A program made the position numbers and the translations under genes. Of a DNA stretch of 56,027 nt, positions 18,784 to 28,623 are shown piece after piece; the stretch's first letter is position 1; every line of letters starts with the position of its first letter. This stretch comes from Verrucomicrobiota bacterium (GTDB taxonomy: Bacteria > Verrucomicrobiota > Verrucomicrobiia > Limisphaerales > CANJSG01): contig JBBQXJ010000024.1 in NCBI GenBank assembly GCA_038209745.1, positions 1-56,027 on the forward strand, read 5' to 3'. The notes under the pieces are model-generated. The model was not told the origin of the DNA and made no database searches. It saw nothing but the letters and a program-made list of their open reading frames with translations.

Positions 18784-19105
18784 AGGGGGCGAGGCTTTGA
18801 CAATATCGACCGACCGACAGCTTGTAACACCACGGTGCGGCCGGGAGGAAGCGCCGGTTTCGAACCGCCACGATTTCCCCGTCGTCGAATGGAAACAAAC
18901 GGTTCGCAGGTCGGTTTGACTCACGCAGTCAGGCGATCCATCCGGCAAACCGTCAATTTTCGATAAATCGGGCCAGAGTCCACTTAGTGGACAAATGTTC
19001 CATATTTTGAATCCCCATCACCGCAACATCTTTCCGATTGGCTAGGATTAGGACTTCCAACAACGTTGGATTTCGACGATTTATCGGGCGGATGGCTCAG
19101 CCGAC

Positions 19106-20665
19106 ATGGGCATCCGCGACGATTCCATGAACCAAGACCTCGCGACACCCAAAGAGATCTCCCCCGGCTGCTCTGGATCGGGAGACACGTTCACCGCACT
19201 GGCCGGAGCCTTGGCCGTGGTTGGAATGGGTCTCTGGGAGCTGGAAGGCCGGCGCGAGTATTTTCAATTCAGCACTGTAGCCCATGACCTGTTCCGAACG
19301 GGAGGCGGTCCCGCGACAACACTGGAGTCGGTCCTGTCGCGGATCCAGCAACCGAGTCGTGACGGTCTCGATGCCGGCCTCGACCGGTTGATCAAAGATG
19401 GCGTCCCCATGGAGCTCGATCTTGTGCTGTGTCTGCCTGGCGGCGGAACCCGCTGGATCCAAATGCGCGGTCATCGGGTCGGCCCAGCGGGCGATCCGGG
19501 CACCTGCCGAGGAACAGTCCACGATGTCACCCGCCTGCGCGAAATCGACGCAGCCGCGAGCGACGATGCACTACGGCATCGTCGATTCGTGGAGAAAACC
19601 CATGAACTGGTCGCAGAGATCACCGTGGACGGCCGTTTTACGTATGTGAATCCCTGTCACGAACGGGTCTTGGGCTGGACGGCCGGAGAGATACTTGGCA
19701 CGTCCGCATTTGATCTCGTCCACCCGGAGGATCTGCCCCGGGTCCAAGTCCGCTTCCACGATGACGACGCCAACGACACCTACCGCTTCCGTCACCGGGA
19801 CGGTTCGTGGCGCTGGCTGGAATCCAGCGGATCCCGAATCCGCCTCTCCAACGGCGAAGAACGGGGAGTGATCATCTCACGTGATGTGACCGAACGACGG
19901 TGCGCAGAAGCGGAGAAGGCGCGGCTCGAAGTCCATCTCCGCCATGCACAAAAGATGGAGGCCTTCTGCACCTTGGCGGGAGGGATCGCCCACGATTTCA
20001 ACAACATCCTCGGGATCATCATCGCCTATACGGAGCTGGCGCGGCTGGACCTGCCCGAAGAACATCCGGTCCAATCCGGACTCGGCCACGTGATGCAGGC
20101 CGGCATGCGCGCCAAGGATCTGGTGCAGCAGATCCTCGCGTTCAGCCGACAGCAACAGCTGGAACGCCGACCGATCCGGCTGGACGAGCCCCTGAACGAC
20201 GCGTTGGCGCTCTTCCGTTCCTCCCAGAAACGTCCCTGCGGCCTCTCCGTGCGGATGGATCCGGACACACCGCCAGTCATGGCCGATTCCGGCCAGATCC
20301 GGCAGGTGATCCTGAACCTTTGTTCCAACGCCTCACTGGCCTTGCCGGACGAAACTGGCCAGATCGAAGTGATCCTCGACCGGATGGATGGTCGGACCGA
20401 TCCTCGCCGCCGCCTCGGACCGATGGACTACGCGCGGATCACCGTGCGCGATTCCGGCTGCGGGATGGATGCGGGCACAGCGAAAAAGGTCTTCGACCCC
20501 TTCTTCACGACCCGGGCGGAAGGCGAGGGAGCCGGCCTGGGACTTGCCGTCGTGCATGGAGTCGTGAAGAGCCACGGCGGGATCGTCCAAGTGGAAAGCA
20601 CCCCCGGCCGAGGCAGCACCTTCGAGGTGTTGCTGCCGAGATTCGCCGGCGACCCGCCCGCATAA
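19106..20665 (+). CDS. PAS-domain sensor histidine kinase (no receiver domain)
   Basis: PAS/PAC (VHPED, DGSWRWLE), H-box AGGIAHDFNNIL, N-box QVILNLCSNA, and G-boxes DSGCGM, FDPFFTT, GAGLGL. Confidence 0.95.
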   Translation: MGIRDDSMNQDLATPKEISPGCSGSGDTFTALAGALAVVGMGLWELEGRREYFQFSTVAHDLFRTGGGPATTLESVLSRIQQPSRDGLDAGLDRLIKDGVPMELDLVLCLPGGGTRWIQMRGHRVGPAGDPGTCRGTVHDVTRLREIDAAASDDALRHRRFVEKTHELVAEITVDGRFTYVNPCHERVLGWTAGEILGTSAFDLVHPEDLPRVQVRFHDDDANDTYRFRHRDGSWRWLESSGSRIRLSNGEERGVIISRDVTERRCAEAEKARLEVHLRHAQKMEAFCTLAGGIAHDFNNILGIIIAYTELARLDLPEEHPVQSGLGHVMQAGMRAKDLVQQILAFSRQQQLERRPIRLDEPLNDALALFRSSQKRPCGLSVRMDPDTPPVMADSGQIRQVILNLCSNASLALPDETGQIEVILDRMDGRTDPRRRLGPMDYARITVRDSGCGMDAGTAKKVFDPFFTTRAEGEGAGLGLAVVHGVVKSHGGIVQVESTPGRGSTFEVLLPRFAGDPPA

Positions 20666-20674
20666 GCGGCCCGG

Positions 20675-22843
20675 TCAGGGAGCGGGTCGGGACAAGCGGA
20701 AGAACTGCTGTTGATTGGTCGCGGGCCGCGTGATGTGCAGTTCGGCACCGGAGAGGGCGGGCACATTCGACAGTGTCTGCCACGAGCTACCCGCCGGAAG
20801 CTGGCCAACCGCCTGGACGGTGAAGTTGCTCCACTGCGACGGCCAGGACAGCACCACATTCGTCTGGCTGCCCTGCAGGATCTTGAGCGTCGGGGCCGTG
20901 TCGACGAAGACCACCACCATCGCGGAATTGTCCGCTTGGAAAAGATCCGCGGTCGAAGCCGTCACCATGGCGGTCGCCGCCGCGCCGATCGGAGGATTGG
21001 CCAGCACCGTCACCCGGCAGTTCAAGTTCAGGGTCCACGAGTTCGATCGTTCCAGGCTGCCGAGCGACGCGGTCCCGCCCATGGAACTGGTCGAGACGGA
21101 CCCAGCGGACACCGAGGCCGATTGGACCGCCAGAAAGAACGGCACCTCCAGCTTCAGCACCAAATTCGTCGCGCCGTTCGGTCCGGCATTCGTCACCACG
21201 GCGGAGAGGAGGACGGACTCGCCCACCGTCGCCGGACTCCGGTCCACCGCGATCTGCACCGCCAGATCGGCGCTCGGGGCGATCTGGAAAAACTGCACGC
21301 TGTCGACCACCCCTCCGGGCGTGGTCACCGTCACAAAACCCGCCGTGGCATTGGCGGGAACCGTGGCATGGAGAGTGTTGTTGTCCACGACGGTAAACCC
21401 GCCGACCCGCCCGTTGAAGCGCACCTCCGAGGCGCCCGAAAGATTGGTGCCGGCAATCGTGATCACCGCTTGGACCGGCGCGTCCGAAGGATTCAAAGAG
21501 ACGATCACGGGCGGCAGGAAGAAGTTGGAGGAGGTCGTCGCTGACCCGAAGGGATTGAGCACGGAGACCGGACCAGTCGTCGCCCCGACCGGCACGACCG
21601 CGTTGATCTGCGTCCTGGAAACGACGAAGAAGGAAAGCGAGCGGACCGAACCGAACAGCACATTCGTCGCATCGATGAGGTTGTCGCCACGGATGACGAT
21701 CGGGTCGCCAACCGATCCGTTGGGCGGTGTGAACCCGCTGATCAACGGAGCTGAACCCGTCACCACGAAGTTGCTGGAGGACGAGTTGGTGCCGTACGCC
21801 GTGGAGACGGTGAAGAGCCCGCTCGAGGCGTTCGCCGGGATTGTCGCCAGCAGCTGGGTAGGGGCTGTGACACTCACTGCGGCGACGTTGGTGCCGTTCA
21901 GCTTCACCACGGTGCCGCCGGTGACGAAATTCACCCCGTCGATCGTCACGTGGGTTCCCGCCGGTCCGTAAACCGGACTGAAACCGAGAACTTCGGGCGC
22001 GTAGCCGATGAGGAAGTTCGTCGACGTGGTGTTCGTGCCGTAGGGCGTGACGACGGAGATCGGCGCGGTCACCGCGTTGGCCGGGACCCGGGCATGGATC
22101 TGGGTGCCGGCCGTGAAGACCAGCTGCGAGGCCAGGTTTGTGCCGAAGCGGACCAGCGTGGAGCCGCTGTAGAAGTTCACTCCATTGATGACCACCTCGG
22201 TGCCGGGCACGCCGCGCACCGGATTGAAGTCCGTGATGAGCGGACCTCCGCCGAAGGGATAGAAATTCGTCGACGTGACGAAGGTGCCGTACGCGACACT
22301 GAAGCTGTTGCTGGCCGTTATCGGGCCGGGAACGGCCCCGGCGGGAACCTTGACGCGGATCTGGCCGACGGCGGGGCCGGTCAATGGGACCCCCGTCGTA
22401 ACGGCTCCGCCGAACCAAACCTTCGTCGAGGTGTCGAGGTTCTTCCCGTAAAGCGAGACCTCGGTGTTCGTCTGGCCGGTGAGCGGATAGAACGACGCGA
22501 CATAGGGCTGGCCGCGCAGGACGACAAAGTCGTTCGTCGTCACAAAACTCGATCCACCCACCGTCACCGTGATCGGTCCGGTCGTGGCCGAAGCGGGGAC
22601 CTTGCTGTTGATCTGGGAGCTGGCCGCCACGTAGGGCGCCGCATCTTGCACGCCGTTGAAGTAGACCTTGGCCCCGGTCGCAAAGCCCGACCCGCTGATG
22701 ACAACGGTTTCCTGCGAACCGGGTGTGCCATACGGCAGTTCAAACCCAGTCACGATCGGAACCGCAGAAACTGAAAATGCCGCCAAGACCCCGATTCCCA
22801 AACCCAAGCGGAGAACCTCCCGAACTCGATACGGATCACACAT
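20675..22843 (-). CDS. Secreted IPT/TIG-repeat protein with DUF11-like domain and C-terminal FFRL domain
   Basis: About six repeats of P.I..F.P..G..GT.V.I.G.NF...VP..A.TGPI.V; ADLAV...VTNAGPNGAT (DUF11-like). Start inferred at MCDPY. Confidence 0.88.
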   Translation of the reverse strand: MCDPYRVREVLRLGLGIGVLAAFSVSAVPIVTGFELPYGTPGSQETVVISGSGFATGAKVYFNGVQDAAPYVAASSQINSKVPASATTGPITVTVGGSSFVTTNDFVVLRGQPYVASFYPLTGQTNTEVSLYGKNLDTSTKVWFGGAVTTGVPLTGPAVGQIRVKVPAGAVPGPITASNSFSVAYGTFVTSTNFYPFGGGPLITDFNPVRGVPGTEVVINGVNFYSGSTLVRFGTNLASQLVFTAGTQIHARVPANAVTAPISVVTPYGTNTTSTNFLIGYAPEVLGFSPVYGPAGTHVTIDGVNFVTGGTVVKLNGTNVAAVSVTAPTQLLATIPANASSGLFTVSTAYGTNSSSSNFVVTGSAPLISGFTPPNGSVGDPIVIRGDNLIDATNVLFGSVRSLSFFVVSRTQINAVVPVGATTGPVSVLNPFGSATTSSNFFLPPVIVSLNPSDAPVQAVITIAGTNLSGASEVRFNGRVGGFTVVDNNTLHATVPANATAGFVTVTTPGGVVDSVQFFQIAPSADLAVQIAVDRSPATVGESVLLSAVVTNAGPNGATNLVLKLEVPFFLAVQSASVSAGSVSTSSMGGTASLGSLERSNSWTLNLNCRVTVLANPPIGAAATAMVTASTADLFQADNSAMVVVFVDTAPTLKILQGSQTNVVLSWPSQWSNFTVQAVGQLPAGSSWQTLSNVPALSGAELHITRPATNQQQFFRLSRPAP

Positions 22844-22956
22844 GGCGCGGAGTCTTTCGCCAGTTCGACCCGATTCAAGCCCGAAGTCTTCCTCTACCGC
22901 TCGTTTCCGCAGTCCCGGCTGGAACCCCCGGAAGGCTTGGGTTGGAATCCTCTTCA

Positions 22957-24348
22957 TTGAACTCCTCACCGCTGAAACAGAAGCCGGCTCCTCAGCCGCA
23001 AGCAACCGCCGCCCTCCCCCGATGGTTCTTGCTCGCCGCCGGCGCGATCTTCGGCCTGATCTTCGTGAAACAGGGGAATCCCGTGATCTTCGCCCGGATG
23101 ATCGCCCGCCCCACCAACCTGGCCGAACTCGTATTCCAGTTCTGGCCGATTTCATGGGGCTACAAGTTGGGGCTCGTCCTCGGACTCGCGACCGTTCTGA
23201 TGTGGCTGAGGTCTGGCCTGAAGCCGCGCCTCGGCTTCGACACTCCCTGGCCCCTGCGCTGCATGGCGCTCGCGTTGGCTTGGTTCGGTTGGCAGGTGCT
23301 GGCCGCGACCACCTCGGTCCAGGCAGGACTCACCGCCCTCGTCCTGGCCCAGTTCCTCGGCTGCGTCGCGTGTCTGGCGTTCGGTCTCTTCGTGCTGCGC
23401 GACATGAAGCCCGGACACTCCGTCTGGTTCTGGCTGCCTGTGCTGCTGGCCTTCAGCTACTCCCTCTGGGCCGGCTGGGACCAACATTTCGGGGGTCTGG
23501 AGCAGATCCGGCAGGAAGTCATGGCAGGCCGTGGATCCATGACCCACCAAGTCGGTGGCAACGTGGCCTTCGCGACGCTGCACACGAAGGCGATGAGCGA
23601 CCGTATCTACGGCACGTTCGTCTACCCCAACACGTTCGCCGGCGGGATCCTGCTGTTGCTGCCCATCACCCTGGCTTGGATCCAGACTTCGGGACGTCCT
23701 TGGAAAGCCCCGCTTCGGCTCGGGCTGATGGGCCTTTTCGCTGGCGTCGCCGGCGCTTGTCTCATTTGGTCCGGCTCCAAGTCCGCTTGGCTGATCGCGG
23801 TGGTGATGGGAGGCATCGCCATTTGGAGGAGCCCGTGGCAACGAAAGTGGAAACTAGGAATCATTGTTTCCCTCACGGTCCTTGGCCTGACCGCGTTCGG
23901 CATCCGCTATGCCGGTTACTTCCGGAAAGGAGCCACCAGCGTGGAGGCCCGCCTCGACTACTGGAGGGCCGCCCTGGAAATCACCCGGACCCATCCGGGA
24001 CTGGGCACCGGACCCGGCACCTTTCAGATCCCGTATCAGCGCCTGAAAAGCCCCGACGCAGAAATGGCCCGTTTGGCCCACAACGACTTCCTGGAACAGG
24101 CCAGCGACTCCGGAATTGTTGGTTTCCTCCTCTATTCCGGCCTGATCGCGGCGCTCGCCTGGTCACTGTATCGTCACCCGACAAAGGCGCTCCTGCCTCA
24201 AGCAGCCCTGCTGGGTTGGTCGGGGGTGCAGCTGCAGAGCTTGAGCGAGTTCAACCTCTACATTCCAGGATTGGCCTGGACGGGGTTTCTCATGGCCGGA
24301 TGGCTGTTGAGCCGGAATCGATTCGACACGGCGAACGCCGGGTCCTAG
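22957..24348 (+). CDS. O-antigen ligase (Wzy_C) family membrane protein
   Basis: Multi-TM; RIYGTFVYPNTFAG, SGSKS, RLDYW, HPGLGTGPGTF and AHNDFLE. Start uncertain; TTG at 22957 chosen to avoid overlap with the divergent gene. Confidence 0.88.
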   Translation: MNSSPLKQKPAPQPQATAALPRWFLLAAGAIFGLIFVKQGNPVIFARMIARPTNLAELVFQFWPISWGYKLGLVLGLATVLMWLRSGLKPRLGFDTPWPLRCMALALAWFGWQVLAATTSVQAGLTALVLAQFLGCVACLAFGLFVLRDMKPGHSVWFWLPVLLAFSYSLWAGWDQHFGGLEQIRQEVMAGRGSMTHQVGGNVAFATLHTKAMSDRIYGTFVYPNTFAGGILLLLPITLAWIQTSGRPWKAPLRLGLMGLFAGVAGACLIWSGSKSAWLIAVVMGGIAIWRSPWQRKWKLGIIVSLTVLGLTAFGIRYAGYFRKGATSVEARLDYWRAALEITRTHPGLGTGPGTFQIPYQRLKSPDAEMARLAHNDFLEQASDSGIVGFLLYSGLIAALAWSLYRHPTKALLPQAALLGWSGVQLQSLSEFNLYIPGLAWTGFLMAGWLLSRNRFDTANAGS

Positions 24349-24363
24349 CCTCCCGGCCTTGCC

Positions 24364-24810
24364 ATGAAGATCCTCTTTCTCAATGGCCCGAACCTCAACC
24401 TCCTAGGCACCCGCGAGCCCGCCGTCTATGGGCACGCGACATTGGCCGACGTTGAAGCGATGATCCGGAAGCGGGCCGTCATCTTGGGCGTGGAAACCGA
24501 CTTTCGCCAAAGCAACAGCGAAGGCGAATTGATCGACTGGATCCACGCCGCCCGAAATCAGGTCTCCGCGATCGTCATCAACGCCGGCGGCCTCACCCAC
24601 ACCTCGGTTGCTCTCCGGGACGCGATTGCCGGGGTCGCCATTCCCACGATCGAAATCCACTTGTCCAACGTCCATTCCCGGGAAGAGTTTCGTCACACAT
24701 CGCTGCTGACCGCCGTCTGCAAGGGCGTCATCTCCGGGTTCGGAGTCCAATCGTATCTCCTTGGGCTTGATGCCGCCGTTAGCGTTACCGCCATTGGTAA
24801 AACGGTCTAA
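24364..24810 (+). CDS. aroQ: Type II 3-dehydroquinate dehydratase
   Basis: LNGPNLNLLGTREPAVYG, QSNSEGELID, THTSVALRDA and EIHLSNVHSREEFRH. Confidence 0.98.
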   Translation: MKILFLNGPNLNLLGTREPAVYGHATLADVEAMIRKRAVILGVETDFRQSNSEGELIDWIHAARNQVSAIVINAGGLTHTSVALRDAIAGVAIPTIEIHLSNVHSREEFRHTSLLTAVCKGVISGFGVQSYLLGLDAAVSVTAIGKTV

Positions 24811-24862
24811 CATGGGTAAAATCGTCACCAAACCAATGAAAAACCCTCTCCGAGATTCCACC

Positions 24863-24891
24863 TTGACGCTCTTAGGACCCACCCATAGCCT
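24863..24891 (+). promoter_or_regulatory. Sigma70-type promoter for accBC
   Basis: TTGACG (24863-24868), 17-bp spacer, TAGCCT (24886-24891). Confidence 0.65.
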
Positions 24892-24918
24892 TTGGCCGAC
24901 ATTAGAGACGTCCATGAG

Positions 24919-24953
24919 AAAGCAGAGTCTGACCGACTTCTGCTTTTTTGTTT
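24919..24953 (+). terminator. Terminator-like hairpin in the accB leader
   Basis: AAGCAGAGTC-TGACC-GACTTCTGCTT followed by TTTTGTTT. Confidence 0.55.
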
Positions 24954-24998
24954 CAACGCCCTGTAACGTAACAGTCGTTTTTAGAACCGGAGCCACCT

Positions 24999-25463
24999 GT
25001 GGATCTTAAAGACATCAAGGCCATCATCGACCTGATGAAGAAGAACTCGATCTCCGAGTTCGAACTCGAAAGGCAGGAATTCAAAATCAGACTCAAGCGC
25101 GGCGGCAACGGCGTCGCCGGAACTGCCGAGGATGGCCCCATCACCTACGCGCTGCCTTCAGGCACGCTCCCTCCACCACCCGCACTGACCTCTCCGGCTC
25201 CCTCCGTCCCCGTGACCAGCGGCGGCCTCGAAGTCAAATCGCCGATGATCGGCACCTTCTACCGCTCCCCGTCTCCCGAATCGGCCTCCTACGCCGAAGT
25301 CGGCACGGAAGTCGGTCCGGACAGCGTCGTTTGCCTCATCGAAGCCATGAAGGTCATGAACGAGATCAAGGCCGAAGTCCGAGGCGTGATCACCGAAATC
25401 CTCGTGGACAACGCCAAGCCGGTTGAATTCGGACAGCCGCTGTTCCGCGTCCGACCGATCTGA
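24999..25463 (+). CDS. accB: Acetyl-CoA carboxylase biotin carboxyl carrier protein
   Basis: [23 protein letters not shown] (biotinylated Lys) and VEFGQPLF. Confidence 0.98.
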   Translation: MDLKDIKAIIDLMKKNSISEFELERQEFKIRLKRGGNGVAGTAEDGPITYALPSGTLPPPPALTSPAPSVPVTSGGLEVKSPMIGTFYRSPSPESASYAEVGTEVGPDSVVCLIEAMKVMNEIKAEVRGVITEILVDNAKPVEFGQPLFRVRPI

Positions 25464-25470
25464 TTCCACC

Positions 25471-26853
25471 ATGTTCGAGAAGATACTGGTCGCAAACCGG
25501 GGTGAAATCGCTGTCCGCATCATCCGCGCCTGCAAGGAACTGAACATCCGCACGGTGGCGGTCTATTCGGAGGCGGACGCGAATTCGATGCATGTCCAAC
25601 TGGCCGACGAGGCCATTTGCATCGGCAAGGCCCAGTCCTCTGAAAGCTATCTCCGGATAGACCGTATCATTTCCGCCGCCGAGATCGCCGATGTGGACGC
25701 CATCCATCCCGGCTACGGCTTCCTCTCCGAGAACGCCCACTTCGCCGACGTCTGCGAGAGCTGCAACATCCGGTTCATCGGGCCCAGTTCCCGGGCGATG
25801 AACGCGATGGGGGACAAAGCGATGAGCCGCGACCTCGCCAAGAAGGCGGGGGTTCCGACTCCTCCCGGCTCGGACGGCATCGTGGTCAACGAAACCGACG
25901 CACTCACGGTCGCCAAGAAGATCGGCTATCCGGTCATGATCAAAGCCGTCGCGGGCGGCGGCGGACGCGGCATGCGCGTCGCGCACAACGACATCTCTCT
26001 CATCAAAGGATTCCACACGGCCCGCAGCGAGGCCGAGAAGGCCTTTGGAAACGCGGGCGTCTACATCGAGAAGTTCATCGAGAACCCGCACCACATCGAG
26101 TTCCAGATCTTGGCGGACACCCGCGGCAACATCATCCATCTGGGAGAGCGCGACTGCTCCATTCAGCGACGAAACCAGAAGTTGATCGAGGAAACTCCTT
26201 CGCCGCTCATCGACAACAAGTTTCCCAAGCTCCGCAAGGAGATGGGCAAGGCCGCCGTCCGGATCGCCGAAATGGCGAACTACACCAACGCCGGCACGGT
26301 CGAGTTCATCGTGGACGACAATGGAAAGTTCTACTTCCTGGAGATGAACAAGCGCATCCAGGTCGAGCATCCCATCACCGAGGAAGTGACCGGGATCGAT
26401 CTGGTAAAGCAGCAGATCATGATCGCGATGGGCGAGCCGCTGCGAATCTCCCAGAGCGATGTCACCTTCAAGGGTCACGCCATCGAGTGCCGGATCAACG
26501 CCGAGGATCCCTTCGACGACTTCCGGCCCTGTCCCGGACAGGTGCAGATGTATTACTCGCCCGGCGGCAGGGGTGTCCGCCTCGACAGCCACGTCTACGC
26601 CGGCTACTCGATCCCGCCGTACTACGATTCGATGATCGGCAAGCTGATCACCACCGGCAAAGACCGTCGCGAGGCGATGGATCGCATGAGCCGGGCTCTG
26701 GGCGAATATATGATCACCGGGATCAAGACGACCATCGCCTTCGAACAGGCCATCATGCAGGATCCGAACTTCCGCCGGGGCGTCTACTCGACCAACTTCA
26801 TCAGCGAGCTTCTGGAAGGACCTCGACGCGGACTGCTGGACGAGAAGGCCTGA
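25471..26853 (+). CDS. accC: Acetyl-CoA carboxylase biotin carboxylase
   Basis: [34 protein letters not shown] and [10 protein letters not shown]. Confidence 0.98.
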   Translation: MFEKILVANRGEIAVRIIRACKELNIRTVAVYSEADANSMHVQLADEAICIGKAQSSESYLRIDRIISAAEIADVDAIHPGYGFLSENAHFADVCESCNIRFIGPSSRAMNAMGDKAMSRDLAKKAGVPTPPGSDGIVVNETDALTVAKKIGYPVMIKAVAGGGGRGMRVAHNDISLIKGFHTARSEAEKAFGNAGVYIEKFIENPHHIEFQILADTRGNIIHLGERDCSIQRRNQKLIEETPSPLIDNKFPKLRKEMGKAAVRIAEMANYTNAGTVEFIVDDNGKFYFLEMNKRIQVEHPITEEVTGIDLVKQQIMIAMGEPLRISQSDVTFKGHAIECRINAEDPFDDFRPCPGQVQMYYSPGGRGVRLDSHVYAGYSIPPYYDSMIGKLITTGKDRREAMDRMSRALGEYMITGIKTTIAFEQAIMQDPNFRRGVYSTNFISELLEGPRRGLLDEKA

Positions 26854-27359
26854 GCCGGAGTCCGGGCATATTTCTAAACCCGCGGCCGCCTTCCATCCTG
26901 CCGGCGGATCGGAAACAAACGGAACGACCGATGGCGACCTGTTTGGAACGTTTGTTCTTCAAGCCACCACAAGCCCCGTGGGTTTTCGCGGTTGCCGTTG
27001 GTTCCCTCCATGTTCCATCTGGCGAAAGCGTGCCACTCTGGCTCCGCGATTCGAAGGCGCCGGGACCAAATCTTGGGGGGATGTTCGACCGGCACGGGCG
27101 CGCCAGTAGGAACCCACTCCGCGATCTGGATTCTGGAACATGTTTCGCCCAAAATCTCACGTCCGGCGAGGGCGTCTAAAAAAAGAAGAGTTGCGCCAGA
27201 GCCGGATCGACAGTAATTAACGGTCGTTCTGAAGGTCCAGCCGTTGGGCAAAATTTGGGGTTTCCAGTTTCCTGAGTTCGACGGTTTTCTATCCTCCACC
27301 ATTCCGTGGCTGACTTGGATATTTCATTCGTCAGACCTTCTACACCGACTGATATTTTT

Positions 27360-28508
27360 ATGAGCAACGCGCCACAAACCGCGCCCATCACCGACGGCCA
27401 AAGCCAGCAACACCACGGCGACGGCTACCTTGAGATTTCCGACAAGGGATTCGGATTTCTGCGCACTCCGCACAACAATTTCGCCCCCAAGCCGTCCGAC
27501 ATCTTTGTCACGCCGGATGCGATCAAGCGAAACTTCATCCGGGAAGGCTGCCACATCGTCGGCGTTACCCAACCCCCGCACCGCGGCACAAGCCCGCAAC
27601 TGAAGTCCGTCGAATCGGTGAACGGCGTTCCATTTGCCGACTACCTGAAGACGACGCGCTACGAGAACCTCACCACGATCGATCCGATCGAAAAGTTCAA
27701 ACTCGAGACCTCGCCCGACATTATCGAGACCCGCATCATCGACCTTGTCACCCCGATCGGCAAAGGCACCCGCGGCCTCATCGTCGCCCCGCCCCGCACC
27801 GGCAAGACGACGATCCTCAAGCTGATCGCCAATGCGGTGACCGAGAACCATCCCGAGGTCCACGTCATGGTCTTGCTGATCGACGAGCGTCCCGAAGAAG
27901 TCACCGACTTCCAGCGCTCGGTGAAGGCCGAGGTCGTCGCCTCCTCGAACGATCAAGATCTCGAAACCCACGTCCGTCTTTCCCGTTTCATGATCGAGCG
28001 CTGCCGCCGCATGGTGGAATCCGGCAAGGACGTCTTCATCCTGCTCGATTCGCTGACCCGTGTGGCCCGCGCCTACAACAGCGTCCACGGCGGATCCGGT
28101 CGGACAATGACCGGCGGTGTCGACGCCCGAGCCTTGGAAATTCCCCGCAAGATGTTCGCCGCCGCCCGCAAGATCGAACACGGCGGATCCTTGACCATCT
28201 TGGCCACCGCGCTCGTGGACACCGGCAGCCGCATGGACGAACTGATTTTTCAGGAGTTCAAGGGCACCGGCAACATGGAGCTCATCCTCGACCGTAAGCT
28301 CTCCGACCGGCGACTCTATCCCGCCATCGACATCCCGAAGAGCGGCACCCGGAAGGAAGAGAAGCTTTTCGCGCCCAAGAATCTCGAGCCTATCCGCAAG
28401 CTCCGGCGCATGATGATCGACCTGAACCCGGTCGAGGCGATGGAAACGCTCACGGCGGCCTTGAAGAAGAACAAGACCAACGACGAACTTCTGGCCAAAC
28501 TCCTTTGA
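27360..28508 (+). CDS. rho: Transcription termination factor Rho (short form)
   Basis: GFGFLR RNA-binding motif, APPRTGKT Walker A, LIDERPEEVTD and FQEFKGTGNMEL. Confidence 0.97.
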   Translation: MSNAPQTAPITDGQSQQHHGDGYLEISDKGFGFLRTPHNNFAPKPSDIFVTPDAIKRNFIREGCHIVGVTQPPHRGTSPQLKSVESVNGVPFADYLKTTRYENLTTIDPIEKFKLETSPDIIETRIIDLVTPIGKGTRGLIVAPPRTGKTTILKLIANAVTENHPEVHVMVLLIDERPEEVTDFQRSVKAEVVASSNDQDLETHVRLSRFMIERCRRMVESGKDVFILLDSLTRVARAYNSVHGGSGRTMTGGVDARALEIPRKMFAAARKIEHGGSLTILATALVDTGSRMDELIFQEFKGTGNMELILDRKLSDRRLYPAIDIPKSGTRKEEKLFAPKNLEPIRKLRRMMIDLNPVEAMETLTAALKKNKTNDELLAKLL

Positions 28509-28551
28509 TCCAAAGCGGAACCGGCCGGTGGCCGATCCCGCGTCGCCCAGC

Positions 28552-28588
28552 AACGCGCGACCTCTTCGGAGGGTGCGCGTTTTTCTTT
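28552..28588 (+). terminator. Intrinsic terminator after rho
   Basis: AACGCGCGACCTC-TTCG-GAGGGTGCGCGTT followed by TTTCTTT. Confidence 0.8.
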
Positions 28589-28623
28589 GCGCCGGACGCA
28601 AGGCGTTGCTCTGTTGATACATC

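Noticed and set aside
20675..22843. Apparent enrichment of N-x-S/T sequons in exoproteins
   Set aside because: About eight sequons in ~720 aa is no more than expected from the high Asn/Ser/Thr content.
27020..27035. Sigma54-like TGGCACGCTTTCGC on the minus strand
   Set aside because: GG-to-GC spacing is one base short of the strict -24/-12 requirement, and no credible gene follows.
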